NCBI RefSeq assembly: GCF_963921235.1
Contig: NC_086097.1
Span: 212,228,001-212,292,000 of the forward strand
DNA: 64,000 bases
Origin: Mobula hypostoma
Lineage: Eukaryota
Reading direction: 5' to 3'
In this document: positions 1-14,400 of the stretch, piece after piece
Position numbering within the stretch: position 1 is the stretch's first letter
Layout of the letters: each line of letters starts with the position of its first letter
Notes under the pieces: model-generated
The model's database searches: none
The model's input: the letters and a program-made list of their open reading frames with translations, nothing else
What the model was told of the DNA's origin: nothing
Made by a program: the position numbers and the translations under genes

Positions 1-569
1 CTCCGTCTCTTCTGAAAGGATAATTCTCTCATTCCCAAGAATTAGCCTGGGAAATCACCTTTGGACTAGTTCAAGTTCAACTATATCCCTTAGCTAATGC
101 AGGAAATACCCAAACCCAAATTTGTGCTACCTGCTCATTCAACAATATTGGAATCCTAGCAGTGCTGACTATTCTGTTGGTCAGCCTGTTAGATCAGTAG
201 AGTGTTAATAATGTAACCAGCAATTTAGAGGTCAACACAGTTGCTGAGGTTATCAATGAAGGGTGAAACCATGAAAAAAAAGGCCTCTGCATTCTTATAC
301 TCCACACCCCTCATGTTACACTGCTCAATCAACCCATATTATTTTCAGATTGGATCCACTTCCATTATCAATCCCACCAATAACCCTGATTTAACCAGTG
401 GCCAAGCAGTATGAAGTGTTGCCAGCTGAGTCAATGTACTACTGTTCAAGATGATCTACCAAAGCTGTCAATAATCTTTTTAAGAGAAAGTCAGCAGTTT
501 TTCCAATTTATAAGGTTGTAAAATATTTTCATGTCACACAATACATTTAGTTGTAAACATAAAATGATG

Positions 570-2340
570 TATCAGTGGGAGATTTTAATTTCTGTAAAAT
601 TGACTGGGTCAACCACAGTATAGAATGGAGAGGAATTTGTGAAATGTGTCCAAGAAAGCTCCTTTTATCAATAGATAAATAGAGGAGATTACTAGAGAGG
701 TGTAACACAGGACATCCTCCTGAGAAATGTTGACAAGTAATTCAGGTCATGTGACCATAATTATACCAGTTTAAAAAGAGTTTATGGAGGATTCAATGAG
801 TTCACAGGTCAAGATCCTGAAATTTTGGAGCCATTAGGCAGGATTTTGCAGTGGTTGATTAGGCAGAATTGCTTGCAGGGAAAGATACATCTGCCTACTG
901 AGAGACCTTTACAAGTGTTACATCAAGAGTTCTGGGCCCATATATTCCTGATGGGCAAGGATGGTAGGTTTCAGGAACCCTGGGTGATGAAAGACACTGA
1001 AGCTATGGTTAAGAAAAATGGGCAAGCAAACACGGGGCATAAGCAATTGGAAATTAGGGAATCTCTTGACTACAAGACTGTAGAAGTGCACTTAAGGGAG
1101 AAGTTTGGAGGGTAACAATGGCTAAGGGTCTGACAAGCAAGATGAACAAAATACACCAAAGTCTCCTGGGACTAAGAGAAAAATGGTGCCAGGAAGACAG
1201 TAGGTCTCCTGAAAGACCAGCATGACTGTGTGTGAACAAAGAAAACGAGTGAGATTTTAAATAAATATCTTTCTTTAGCTTTGACTCTAGAGAAAATTAT
1301 TTAAACTAAGGAAATAGATTATTTGAACACTCAGTCCTCTTTTATTGTCATTTAGAAATGCATACATGCATTAAGAAATGATACAATGTTTCTCCGGAGT
1401 GATATCACAGAAATCAGGACAAACCAAAGACTAACACTGACAGAACCACATAATTATAACATATAGTTACAGCAGTGCAAAGCAATACCATAATTTGACA
1501 AAGAACAAGCCATGGGCACGGTAAATAAAGTCTCAAAAGTCCCTGAGTCAATCGACTCCTGAGTCTCCAATAGCAGGTGGCAAAAGGGAGAAACTCCCTG
1601 CCATAAACCTCCAGGCACCGTCAACTTGCCGATGTCTTGGAAGCAGCCGACCACAGCCGACACTGAATGAGGGAAATGAGTGGTGCTGTCTTGGACCACA
1701 TGAGAATTAGCAGGGAGGAGGCACTGGAGACCTTAAATGCATTAAAATGGACAAAGCCCCAGGGCCCAGCCTGTTGCATTCTTGGATTTTGTTGGTAGAT
1801 TGAATAGAAATTGTAGGCAAAACCCAGATTGTTGCTTCACCTTTGGCCCCACATGAGGTTCTATAGGATTAGAAAGTGACTAAAAAGTACTATTGTTGAA
1901 AAAGAGTAGCAAAGCAAGAAATAAACTACAGGCCAGTGTGTCTGACATTGGTGGTGGGTAAATTGCTGGAGGGGCTTCTGAGAGACAGGATCTACCAACA
2001 TTTGGAGAAACAGTCTGACTTGCAACAGTCAGCACAACTTTTTGCATGGTAGTCTTACAATGTCTGACAATCTCTTGGGAGTTCTTAGAGGAGGTAACCA
2101 AGAGGGGAGATGAGGGTAGGGCAGTTGTTTATATGGACACCTTCAATAAAATCCCTTATGGCAGACCACATGAGATCCAGGAGGTATTCAGCAAATTGGA
2201 TTTGTAATTGACTCAATGGTAGGAAGCAGAAGGTGATGATTGAGGGTTGTTTTTCCAACTGAAAGCTTGTGTCCAGTGGTATATTGTTTGTAATTTATAT
2301 AAACGATTTGAATATGAATGTATAAGGCATGATTACCTTT
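570..2340 (+). mobile_element. Old decayed CR1 LINE ORF2 (endonuclease to RT), interrupted at ~1316-1666
   Basis: Degenerate CR1 motifs (GDFN..DW, KAPGP, NYRPV, KQKV); the CR1 sequence resumes after the insertion. Confidence 0.8.
1316..1666 (-). mobile_element. Non-autonomous ~650-bp retroposon, copy A (5'-truncated)
   Basis: Clearly homologous to copies at 23868, 25941 and 43072 (shared CCACATAATTATAACATATAGTTACA block). Confidence 0.85.
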
Positions 2341-2354
2341 TTGTTTGTGGATAA

Positions 2355-2636
2355 CAGCACCTCCAGGTTCAAGAATAGTTACTGCCCCTCAACCATCAGG
2401 CTCTCGAACAAAAGGGGATAGCTACACTCATTTAAGGGATTCATATTGTTATTTCATGCTCATTATTTATTGCTATTTATTTATATCTGCATTTGCACAG
2501 TCTATTTACAGTTCCTGATGGTTACAGATTAGTTATTGTTCTATAGATTTGTAAAGTGTGCCCGCAGAGAAAGAATCTTAGGGTATGGTGGTGACATGTA
2601 TGGACTCTGATAATAAATTTTACTTTGAATTTTGAA
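2355..2636 (+). mobile_element. Rex/Babar-type LINE 3' end
   Basis: RFKNSYxPSTIRL-like C-terminus, AATAAA and a (CTTTGAA)-type tail. Confidence 0.65.
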
Positions 2637-3379
2637 TACTAAATACCTGATGTTGTAGTGAGTGTAGATTGGATTATACAAGTCAAATGTAACTCTGCTT
2701 ACTGTACTGCATAATAATTGCTGAACTGCTTTCTGTCATGCCAGAGCTCTGTAGTTGTGTGGCTTCTTTTCATGTTTTTATAAACCTGCGAAAAATGAAC
2801 TTAAGTTTCAATTGTTTACTGTGGGGTGAGGTAGGTGACGGAACCCCACACTGGCTGTACAAACTACATTTATTCACTGGGCAGCACTAGGACAAACAAT
2901 GCTGCATGAAGGATGATGAAACTACTTTTTATGACAACATGGAAGAGTTTCATTTACCAATATAGTTTCAGAAGTAGAATCAGGATGATTATCATTGGCT
3001 TGAATGATGCAAAATTTGTTGTTTTACAGCAGTAGTAGTGTAGAGACAAAACTGCTAGAAATCACAAATAAATAGCAAAATAGCAAATACAGTGCAAATA
3101 AATTGTAATTCTATGTGCTACGACAAAAGTTTAAGATTGTTTTGATTTGATACAACATCTCCAAATGAGGTTTTTTACCTTCTGGGGAGTGGGGTAACAT
3201 TTTCTGCTGTACTGATGTTAATATGGAATATATACAAAAAGTGTTTACTTATTTGAAGTAATAAAGCTACCACTGGTGCAATGCTATCACATACTTTCTA
3301 ACTCTAGAGATGTATACCTTACCTAATTGTGAGCATTATTCCCCTCAGATGGTACCGACCAACCCTACCAGCTCACAGA

Positions 3380-3960
3380 CTAAATGGAGAGAAGATACGA
3401 AAAACTGAGGTACAAAGATACGTGGAAGTGTTTGTGCAGGATTCCCTAAAGATTAATTTGCAGGTTGAGTCTGTGGTGAAGGTGGTAAATGCAATGTTAG
3501 CATTCATTTTAAGAGAACTAGAATATAAAAGTAAGGATATAAATTTGAGACTTTATTTGAGGTAAGGCCTCACTTGGAAGTATTGTGAACAATTTTGGGC
3601 CCATAACCTTTGAAAGGATGTGCTAAAACCGGAGAGAGTTCAAAGGATGTTCACAAAAATGATTCCAGGACTGAACGGCTTGTCATATGAAGAGCGTTTG
3701 ATGGCTCTGGGTCTGTATTCACTCGAATTCAGAAGAATGAGGGGTGACTTAATTGAAACTTATTTAATGGTGAAAGGTCCTGATATAGAGTGGATGTGGA
3801 GAGGATGTTTCCTAAGGTGGGAGAGTCTAAGACCAGAGAGGACAGCTCCAGAGTAGAGGGGCATCGTTTCAGAATGGAGATGAGGAGGAATTTCTTTAGC
3901 CAAAGAGTGGTGAATCTGTGGGCAAATAGACTTGATGGGCAAATGGCCTAATTCTGCTCC
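3380..3960 (+). mobile_element. CR1 LINE 3' fragment
   Basis: NAMLAFI..LEYKSK and LSYEERLMALGLYSLEFRRMRGDLIETY motifs; CR1 3' tail. Confidence 0.9.
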
Positions 3961-3989
3961 TAAAGGAAAAGTAAGTCAGTAAATAAATA

Positions 3990-5310
3990 AAGCAATAATG
4001 AAGCATTGTTAGGGACCATTCAGAAACCTGATGGAGAGGAAGAGGATGGTCTTAAAATATTGAGTGTTGGTCTTCAGATTCTTGTAGCTCATCCCTGATG
4101 ACAAGTAGCAAGAAGGCGGCAGGATGGACAGGGTTCTTGTTATTAGTGATGGAATGGCTCCATCTTGAGACACCACCTGTTGAAGCTGTCCTCGATGCTG
4201 GAGTGCACCGTGCTCATGATGGAGCTTGCTGCATCGATAACCCCTCTGCAGCCTCTTGCATTGGAGCCTCTATACCAAGCAGTGATGCAACCAGTTAAAA
4301 TGTTCTCCACTGTATATCTTCAGAAGTTTGCAAAACATTGGGGTCATACCAAATCTCCTCAAATTCCCCATGAAGCAGAGCAGCTGGTGTGCCGCCTTAT
4401 GATTGAATCAATGTGCTGGGATCAAGACAGATCCTTGGAGATGATGACACCCAGGAACTGGAAGCTGTTCACCCTTACCACTGCTTACTCCCCAATGAGG
4501 ACTGGTGTGTGTTCCAAAAACTTGCATTTCTGAAGTCCACAATCAATTCTTTGGTCTTGCTGATGCTGAGTAAAGTTGTTGTGACACCACTCTACCAGCC
4601 AAAATATATCACTCCTGTACACCTCCAGGTTGCCACCTGAGATTTTAACCAACTGTGCTATCATCTGCAAATCTATAAATGGTGTTTGAGCTGTGCCTAG
4701 CTACACAGTCATGTGTGTAGAGAGTAGAGCAGTGGGCTAAATACACATCCCGGAGGTGCATCTGTGTTGTTTGTTATTACCAATCCATTCTAACTTGATC
4801 TCCCAATTAGAAAATAAAGGATCCAGTTGCAGAGGCTGATGTTTATAAACGCGATGACTAATACTGCAGGGGTGATGGTATCGAATGAAAAGCTACAATC
4901 AATAAACAGCACTTTGAGCATCTTGCTGTTGTCTAGGTCCTCCAAAGCAGAACCAAGAGCCAGTGAGGTTGTGTCCACTCAAGACCTTTTGCAGTTGTAG
5001 GTAAATTGCAGTGGGTCAAGAACCTTACTCTGGCAGGATTTACTTCTAGCCATAACCAACCTCGTAAAGCATTTTATTACAGTTAGATGTGAGTACCACT
5101 AGTCGACAGTCATTGAGGCAGCTCATCATGCTCTTCTTGGGTACAGATAAAATTGATGCCCTTTTAAAGCAGGTGGAAACCTCAGACAGCAGCAGAGAGA
5201 AATTGAAGATGTCCTTGTACAGTCCAGCCAGTCATCTGGCACAGATTACACCATGGGGCCTGATGTAATGCAAGGACTCATCCTCTTGAAGGATGTTCTG
5301 ATATCAGCCT
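3990..5310 (-). mobile_element. Rex/Babar LINE fragment (RT to DUF1891-like region)
   Basis: Minus-strand LFIDxSxxFDTIxP and LCNWILxFL motifs. Confidence 0.75.
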
Positions 5311-6661
5311 CCAAGTATTTTGTGGTGGGTTTTATTTTTTGCATTGCTGCTCTGTGGAAACTGTGGGGCTTTTACTGAAGGAGGAGCTGGATTAGCAATT
5401 ATTGACTAATTTCCCTACAGGGTACAGAAAGGGACTTTTCTTCCTTTTGCTTCTGAAGTTCCTCTACTCTAGCTACTTATTAAGTGGTCGGTGCAAGTAC
5501 TGTCTGTGAGTGATTCCAGAGTTGCACAGCATGCTGCAGATTAACATGAATCTTATCAGATGTTCAGCATTGTTTTCAACATATATTCAGGAACTATACA
5601 CCATACTCCAACAGAAAAACCACATTCACCCTTTAGTTTGCCAAGGTAGTTCAGTTAACACTGATGTAATGACAGAATAAAGGCATCACGAACATTGCCT
5701 GGATAACTACAAGATCTGCTGATTATGTCAAATACCAGACTTTACTGATGAAATGGTATCTTTTTGTTTATAGGATAACTTACATCATCTACAAAATAAT
5801 ATGAGAGATTTAGGGCAGGTAATTCATCTAGACCACATCAGTACTGTACCTACCAGAAAGAATAATGACAATTGGGTACTTGCCTCATCTACTTAAATTC
5901 AAACAGTGTTTTTCACAGAATATTGCACACACGATGAATGCATTTCCTAATAACAGGATGCAAATATTCTACATAATGTTAGTAGTCCAATCCAAATTTA
6001 AGGGTTGGAAATAGATAACTTTCTGGTCAACTCTACAGTCAGAGGAGACTACTCTCCACTTTTCTGTATACTGTAGTGTGATTCCTGTTATTGCCATCAG
6101 TAAGAAACAGTAATAAAAGGGGTGATGATCCAAGGTAGTAGAGGTAGTCAGATCCACCTCTTTCTTCTCCTCAGATCCATTGTTGATCTGCAAATTGATG
6201 AGTAGCTACAGGCAGACACACTGCCTTCAGGGCAGAGTCAATCACGACAAAAGAACCGGTCTGAAAAACCCTTTGTTCCTTTAATCATCATTTACATATT
6301 GGAAATACGGTTCAGAGAAGGCAGAGTCTGGAGCAAATGACTGAAGCACACTGCCGAAGTGAAACAGATGCTGCAAATATTCCTGAGCTCTGGACTTGGT
6401 TGGTATAGTGAATAAAGACAATGTATTTTATAAACACATCATGAATGTATTTTTTGGAAAGGTTGAGAACCAAATATAGTTGACAACTGCTTCAGAGTAC
6501 ATCCTTAGAAATAGTGCGCAAAGCCTGTGTCACACAGATGTGTGCGATGAACATCAACAAAACTACAACATCACTTTTGAGACAGTCTTGGCAAAAAGCC
6601 ATTCCAAAATGAGATGGGTGATGGTCACACACAGTGCCAGGCAACAAGTCTCTGTTGGTAA

Positions 6662-7590
6662 CTGGGAATTGGTTTTATTATTGTCACATGTACTGAGATA
6701 CAATAAAAAGCTTTTGTTGGCATGATATCCAGACAGATCATTCCATACACAAGTACACTGATGTAGTATGAAAAGGCAAAACAAAAATGTACAATATAGG
6801 ATTATTATCACAGAGAAATTGGAGTGCAGGTAGACAAAGAAATGCAAGGGCCACGACGAGGTAGATTGAGAGATCAAGACTTCATCTTTATCACCTAAAT
6901 GATCTGTTCAAAAGTATTATACCAACAGAATAGAAACTGTCTTTCAGCTTGATGATAATCTGTCGAGCTTTTGTATCTTCTGCTCAATGGGAGGGAAGGG
7001 ATAAGAGATTGACCAGGGTGGGAGGAATATCGGATCATGTTGGATGCTTTCCTAAGACAGCGAGTACAGACAGAATCAATTGAGGGGATGTCAATTTTAA
7101 TGATAGATTGGGTTGCATTTACAACTGTGCAATTTCTCGTGGATTGGGGCAGAACAGTTGCTATACAAGCTATGTTGCATCCGGATAGGATGCTTTCTAT
7201 AGTGCATCTGTAAATGTTGGTAAAGATCAAAAGAAACATCCCAAATTTCCTTAGCCTTCTGAGCACCTTAGCTTGCTGTTTTAATTAAAATTGTTGCTGG
7301 TAGTCACTCGCAGGAAGATGAAGCTCTCAACCATCTCCACCTCAGCACTATTTAGGGTAAGTACTCCATCCAGCTTCCTCAAATCGATGACCAGCTCTCT
7401 TGTCTTGTTGGCATTGAGGGAGAGGTTATCGTGACACCATGCCACTGGACTCTCCTTTTTCTTCCTGTGCTCCATCCCACCATTGTATGAGATCCAGCCC
7501 ACCACAGTGATGCCATCTGCAAACTTGTAAATGGAGTTACAGTAGAATTTGGCCACAAGTCATGAGTGCATAGGAAGTAAAAATAAGAAG
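6662..7590 (-). mobile_element. Rex/Babar LINE 3' part
   Basis: ORFs give KFADxxTVVG, NLSLNANKTRELVID and LRRLRKFG..FTNIYRCTIESILSGC; TGACAATAATAAA tail. Confidence 0.85.
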
Positions 7591-7857
7591 CAGAGGACAC
7601 TGATCAACAGAGCTTTATTCAATACCAGGCAAGCAAGGTCTAGCTGGCTGTTCAAAAAAGCCGGTGCTAATTATTTTGAATTAATGTTTACTACTGGCTT
7701 AGCCTAGATCTGGGTATGAATTTCAGATCTGAAGCTATAAGGGAGCTTCAGACCCTAGAAAACAAGGTCTGTGACACGATTTTCTATAACATGAAACTTC
7801 ATCTACACATCAAGAAACATTATTTTTTAAAAAGACTGAATTTACTGTTCTGCTGTA

Positions 7858-8066
7858 CAGTGCTTATAAAAAGTATTCACCCTCCTTGGAAGTTTTCATG
7901 TTTTGTTGTTTTACACCATTGAATCACAGTGCATCTAATCTGGCTTTTTTTGACACTGATCAACAAAAAAAGACTCTTTCATATCAAAGTGAAAACAAAT
8001 TTCTTCAAATTGGTCTAAATTTATTACAATTATTAAAAAAAAATAATTGATTGCATTTTTACTCAC
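7858..8066 (+). mobile_element. Tc1-like transposon terminal IR/DR remnant
   Basis: TA|CAGTGCTTATAAAAAGTATTCACCC start, with a degenerate inner direct repeat ~200 bp downstream. Confidence 0.7.
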
Positions 8067-9499
8067 TGTTCAGAGATTACCTGTGGAAACTGAAATCCCT
8101 GATAGGCACTCCTACTTTCATTGTTAATGTATTTAAAACTACATATGAAAATGGAAGTGCATACTGATGAATAAAGACAAAAAATAAAAACTATTCACAA
8201 ATATATACAGTGGACATACATGGATAAAGTTCATAGCAGGACAATGAGTAACACAAACTTACTTATAAAACACCTTTAAAACAGCAAATTAACAACAATA
8301 ATTAACAAGTAGATATTAGGATAGACAATTAGTGAAAGAACTATGCTCTGATGAACATCGTAAAGAAATGAAAAACTGAGAAGGGAAGTAGGTGAGAAAG
8401 TGAATGCTGGATCACAGTACATGAATGTACAGCTGCCAATAGTGATGCATTTAAATCTATGATATAGACACCTAGATTGGAAAAAATGAAGATTTTGCAT
8501 AAGTTACAGTACTTAAAACAATGGCGAAAGTTAAAGACAATTCAGTTTTAACCAAGGCAGCAAAACCTTTCAGCTATATTGTATATTTAATACCCAACTT
8601 AAAAAAATGTGCTAAGGTGCATCTGAATCTCCACACCAATCGAGACATAGAACAGCAAAAGATTGGACAATAAAAGTATACTTTAAGGAAGAAAAATAAG
8701 ACACTGAACTGAATTTGGGGAATGAGTTACAGGCTTGAATGGTAAAAGCATAAATGCCCTCATTAGTAGGAGTGGTGGAAAATACTACAAAAGGAGGACA
8801 ACAGGCAGATGAAGTGGATCTTGATATTTGAAATCAAGGTGAGAATTTTAAAATCAGGAAGCCAAGCCAGGGTTCTGCCCTAGGCAAAGAAATCCAATGA
8901 AAGCAATTCCTGGATAATATTCCAAAAATAAAAACAGACAGACAAGCAAATGCAGCACATTCAGGTGGACAACAGTAGATAACTAATGGAAGATGCAATA
9001 TAGTCAAGTGTATCAGACTAGAAGGAAAAGAGATAGATAAGCATAATCAATTTCCATTAATGAACTTGATAATAAGCATTTCATTTAATGCCTTATCCAA
9101 ATTCAACATTCGATATTCCAGAATAATTGAATGTTTAATTGTACAGCGCGGGTCTGTAAATAGAAGTTCACACTGAGGAGAAAATAAGATGTAAAGTTGA
9201 AGGAAATCAAAAGTGAGCTTGAGGTCAAAGAGGCTCAGGTTCTGGATAATTACCAAAATAGCCTTGCACCTGGATGCAGAACAAGATCATAAAGGCATGT
9301 GGAAAGATATGTTTCAGCTAATGGAAAGACAAACCAGAAGTCACATAAGTTAACAGAAGACTGAAAGTAAAAGTTACAATTCAATCCTCTGATTCTGATT
9401 ACAAATAATTTTTGGTTGGTTATCAACCAGGTACTATTGGATAGCTTGCACTTATATTTTTTAAGCAGTTTGCTCCGTTCTTAAATATAGACAGACACT

Positions 9500-9770
9500 A
9501 AATTTATTTATTTGTTGGGATACAGCATGGAGTAGGCCCTTCAAGCTGTGCTGTCCAGCAGTCTCTAGCCTAACCACGGGACAATTTACAATGACCAATT
9601 AACCTACCAACAGCTACACCTTTGTACTGTGAGAGGAAACCGGAGAACCCAGAGAAAAGCCACGCGGTTATGGGGACAATGTACAAACTCCTTACAGGCA
9701 GTGGTAGGAAACGAACCTGGGTCACCTATACTGTAAAGTGTTGTGCTAATCACTACACTACCATGCCGCT
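9500..9770 (-). mobile_element. tRNA-derived V-SINE (HE1-like)
   Basis: Box A and box B (GGTTCGTTTCC), a V-domain-like CTCCGGTTTCCTC(T)CACA and a CR1-like 3' end; homologous to 52513-52805. Confidence 0.8.
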
Positions 9771-9821
9771 GTAAGTGACATGATTGCGAATTAGAAATAC
9801 AGACACTGAAAATCAATAGCA

Positions 9822-9958
9822 ATAGAAAATTCTGGAAACATCCAGCAAGTTAAGCACTATCTGTTAAAAGAGAAACAAACCAATGACCTGCAGCTTTGAC
9901 TACATTTCCCCTTCTGTAGATACTGCTAGACCTGTTGAGTGTTTTCAGCATTTTCTGG
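9822..9958. repeat. Penelope-associated hairpin-type repeat
   Basis: Imperfect inverted arms AGAAAATTCTGGAAACATCCAGCAAG ... CCTGTTGAGTGTTTTCAGCATTTTCTG; related to the 3' part of the element at 46595-47434. Confidence 0.6.
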
Positions 9959-10306
9959 ATTTATACTAAATAGCAGCAGTTACCTTACCCAACTTGGCAA
10001 ACCTGTTATTCAACCGAGAACATTAACAATGAGCTTTAGAAAATTATTTAACTACAGGGTAGCAACAAGCCCATTCTCAGCAATGAAATGCACGAATAGT
10101 TTATTGAATAGTAATAAAGAGCAAGAAGCTTAGATCATTTTCAGTTCCTAATTCTGAATTTAACCAGATCACTCTCTTCTACTGACACTAGTGTAGCAAG
10201 GGGAACCATGACCGAACTGAGACTGTCAGTTGTTAGAGAACCAGCTCACAGGATATACCTGCTGTGTTTTCTCCCTCACCAGCCTGTTGCAAATATATCA
10301 CCATGG

Positions 10307-10382
10307 GAGTATTCAGAATAACCACATTAGTCTGTATGGTGTGAGAGTATTCAGAATAACTATCACATAGTCTGTATGGTGT
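10307..10382. repeat. Local tandem duplication of ~38 bp
   Basis: GAGTATTCAGAATAAC..TAGTCTGTATGGTGT occurs twice in tandem. Confidence 0.85.
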
Positions 10383-10949
10383 CTAAATCCTAGAAACAAA
10401 CTTGCATCACTATTTCAGGAAGGTGGTTAAATGGAATGATTGCAAGAAAAGACCCAGCAGCAGTAGGCCAGACACTCACGATCCCAAAAGTAGTGAAGTT
10501 GCACTCCATCGTAATCTGCATCCTCATGGACCGGCAGAGCCTTCGCTAACACCAGAAACAAAGCTTCTTGACTCATGTCCCATTCTACAGTCTTCTGCAA
10601 ATAAATCTGAGCAGAGGCTCCAGTACAGTACAGCAACCCTATACTATCAGGAGCAGACAAGATGCTATTGCAGAGGAATCATTCCTAGTGCCCCAGACAA
10701 TACTAACTCCCCACACTCCTCCAAAAAAAAATCAACATCACGACCAAATCACCATATCATTATCTCACTGCTTTGCGACAATAGCTGTTCTCTATACTAC
10801 ACCAACAATATAAAAATACTTCACGAACTATAAAATACTTTGTCCTGAAAGAGATGTTAGAAATGCAAAAAATAATTCAAGTTCCCCTTTCACAGATGTG
10901 CTAAATATCATGCTACAAATAGTACCAACAATTTGCTTTTGTATTGACA

Positions 10950-12400
10950 AAGCTGTAACCACTGTGTAGGTAGCCCCTCAAAACTGACTTACTGCCACTC
11001 CTGTACTGTGGGCTCTGAAGTGGCTACTGGCACCAATGTGGGAACGTAGACTCTTCCCCAGGTGACATAACCAATGTCTGTTGGGTGGGTGATTTGTAAG
11101 ACCTTTAATATTTTCCTCTGTTGCTTAGAATTTTCTTCGTATGGTAAAGTCAAAATAGAGTGATAGCTTCAGAAGTTAGTGCCAACATATGGCTTGCGGA
11201 ATCTGACGGTGTGTAACCAAGGCCTCAGTGATGGATGGTGTTGACATGAGAAATTTTGATCCTCCTTTCAATGAGTTAAGAACATCCTATAGACATAGCA
11301 CTGATGAGATTTTCCCCCCAATACTTGGTATAAGTAGCTCAATTCTCAGAAGCAAAATGGAGGCCAGAATCATTGCTGCCTACTCAACCATGACCCTATG
11401 CCAAGTCTGAGGCCTTGATCTTCAAGCACCCTTTTTCTCAAGTGACCAAAGACTGTTTTGACACAATGAAGGCAGTGGAGAATTTCATCTTCAATGCCCG
11501 TCTTCATCAAGAGGTGGAACCCAAGAAAGGGACACAGCCCTTAGTCTTGCTCTGAATTGTTTATGTTAGGGGCAGTGTATTGCAATGAGAGCAAGTTGGT
11601 ACAAGCCCTTGGTTTTACAGATGTAAAGTGCAAGCCAATCCTCTCATATGCCTCGACAAAAGCAAGTTTGGAGCTTAGCCTCAGAGTGAGTAACCATAAT
11701 TGCAAACTGCAGCTTATTATTCACCCATAAGTGACTGGTTCCAGAGTGCAGCTGAACAGCTGTCCATTGGTTCTGATGATTAGCTCCACTCACATTAGAA
11801 ACTTTCTGGAGGAAAAAAGAAACTTTGTGAAAAAGTTTGAGAATGTGTTGCAACGATGATGTAGACTTGCACTGCATTATACCCATTCTTTAAAATTAGG
11901 GCATCATGGTTGGGGACAAATTTCTGTGGGCAGTCATATTTGATGTTATTCACAGTTGCTTACGAAGTTAAAGGTTTTAATTTGGTTGACAAAGGCCATT
12001 TTCCTTTAAGTTGCTGTTGAGTAAAGTTCATATCCCTTCTGCCTCCAAACAAACAAGAATCTATTCAGGGCGCAGCTCTGATCTCCCGCTAGAGACATTT
12101 GAGGAGGACGCTGGCAGTGAACTATACCAATGAAGTGAGACCCGTTAGTAGCTGAGATGATGGTAGCCTATTCTTGAAGGTGATGCTCACACCATGAAGT
12201 ATTTCTCTTCCAGTTTGTTCCTCCAAGAGATGTGCACATACCCATCACGTCTTAGTGCAATAATGTTGATGAGAAAGTTGAGTTATAGAAATTTAACACT
12301 GTTGGAATCATTCATGAGGGTTCTGACATACTAGGTACTGAACTTCATGTTACCACCAGGGCCAACAGCAAGGGAGAACAGACAACCAGAGACCAGGTTA
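10950..12400 (-). mobile_element. Old RTE (BovB-like) LINE fragment
   Basis: The minus strand gives a degenerate FPYLGS..IEDEI.HRL..FG.LRKR-like RT C-terminal motif at ~11430-11540. Confidence 0.6.
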
Positions 12401-12589
12401 TGCTGTACTATTTTAATGTTCACATACTAATTGGCCCACATTTGGGTGCACCAATATGTTGCAATACAAAATTACATGAATATCATTTGTTGAAAGGAAC
12501 AAGTCACATTTGGAGTTAGGCAGCCCCAAAAATATTTTCAATAAATTTAGTACCAATTAATAGATCATGTCAATGGATAACGCAAAGGC

Positions 12590-13040
12590 TAATGACTCTA
12601 TCCTTGAATCCTTCAGGCATTTAATCCAAAACCTGCTACATCTGATCAAGCTGTGCCACTGCACACATAACAATGGCATCCATCCAGATCAGAGGATTAT
12701 CCAGTACATTCAGTCCACAAAAAGCAAGACACCCTGATCCAACCATTTTCTGCCCCATCGATCCACTTTCAAGTCAGAGAAGAGGAAGAAATCTTTAACA
12801 GTACTGTCAAGTAGCAATGTCTCACCAATATGCAGCTCCATGCTCATGAAACATTGGCCACAGATACAATGGAATCCACCTTCAAGTTCCCCTTCACAAC
12901 ACACCAGCCTGGCATGGACATACAAATTAGTATGCTTTAATCATCTGGATCAAAATCCCATTTCTCTCTTCCTAGCAACACTGTAGGAAGCACCAAACTG
13001 TCCAGCCATACATCTCTTTCCAAATGGCATTTACAGATGG
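12590..13040 (+). mobile_element. Very old CR1-clade LINE remnant
   Basis: VHKKQD-like motif and a 3' region AAGTTCCCC..CACACCAGCCTG..GGATCAAAATCC typical of old chondrichthyan CR1-clade elements. Confidence 0.5.
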
Positions 13041-13089
13041 TCATTAAATTTACCAGTAGTCTCCATCAATAAACAAAAGATGAGGACTG

Positions 13090-14400
13090 TTCTGCCCACT
13101 GTGGTACATCTACACCGTTTTGAGCAGCTGGTTGTAGATCACGTTAAATCTCATCTTCCTGACACTTCGGACCCTCTCCAGTTCACATCACTCAAATCAG
13201 TCCAATGACGATGCCACAGCCTCTGCACGCCACACAGTCCTGGCCCACATGGAAAATGATGCCTGTTTATTGACTTCAGCTCAGTATTTGATATGATCAT
13301 CCCTCAGAAGCTGGTGGGTAAACTGTTCTCACTGGGGACTCAACAACTCTCTGTAACTGGATCTTGGACTCCTTGACAGAAAAGCAACAGTCAGTGTGTG
13401 TTGGCAGAAACATCTCTAGCTCTATCACACTGAGCACAAGTGCCTCCCAGGGCTGCACGCTCTGCCCACTGCCGTTCAAACTGTTGGCCCATGACTGCAG
13501 TGCTAGATCCAGTTCAAACGGAATCATCAAGTATGCTAATCACAACAGAGACCGGCCTCATCAATAATGATGAGATGCATACAGAGAGGAGGTACAGCGG
13601 CTGGTGGAATGGTGCGAGCGCAATAACTTGAGCCTTAATGTGGACAAGACCAAAGAGATGATTGTGGATTTTAGGAAAGTGCAGACTGACTATTCCTCAC
13701 TGCACATACATGGCTCCTCCCTGGAGAGAGTTAGGAGCACCAAGTTTCTGGGAGTGCACATAATGGATGATCTCACCTGACCCCTCAACACCACCTTTTT
13801 AGTCAAGAAAGCACAGCAACGTCTCCACTTCCTGACGAGATTGAGGGGAGTAAGGCTCCACCCCCTCCCCAACTATTTTAACCTAACTTTTTTTTCACAG
13901 GAGCACCAACGAGTGTGTCCGGACCAGCTGCATTACAGTCTGGTACAGGAATTGCAAGGTATCTGACTGCATGTCTCCACAAAGGATTGACAGGACTGCT
14001 GCCATCCCCCTAATAAAAATATTTATCAGGAGCGCTACATATGCAGAGCCCTTAGCATTGTCAATGATCCCTCCCACCCATCCAACAATCTTTGACCACC
14101 TACCATCAGGCAGGAGGTACTGTAACATTAGGACAAGAACTGTTAGGATGGGAAACAGCTTCTTCCCCCGGACTGAATACGCTGTCACCACTAAGGTCTC
14201 ATCCTGCATGAAGCGCCAGTTGCATAATACCGTTTACTTTTTAACTTGTATCCAATATACACCTTACAACTCATTAACTTTGTTTGTGGTAATACTACAT
14301 TATGTGAGTTATATGTACTGTATTTTGTGCACTTGGGTCCAGAGGAACATTATTTTGTTTGGCAGTATATATACAGTTGAATGACAATACACTGAACTTG
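13090..14400 (+). mobile_element. Rex/Babar LINE (RT to 3' end)
   Basis: LCNWILD, STSASQGC.L.PL, NNLSLNVDKTKEMIVDFRK, KKAQQRLHFL, LPSGRRY motifs; TGACAAT..(CTGAA) tail. Confidence 0.9.

Noticed and set aside
2703..2785. Minus-strand exon-like segment (TTTTCGCAG|...|GTAAGC; VYKNMKRSHTTTELW..)
   Set aside because: Good splice signals, but it is out of phase with exon 1 and does not resemble the expected NSMAF exon 2. It cannot be supported without RNA-seq.
8081..8138. Minus-strand exon-like segment in phase with exon 1 (FKYINNESRSAYQGFQFPQ)
   Set aside because: No similarity to recalled NSMAF sequence; chance splice motifs are common in AT-rich introns.
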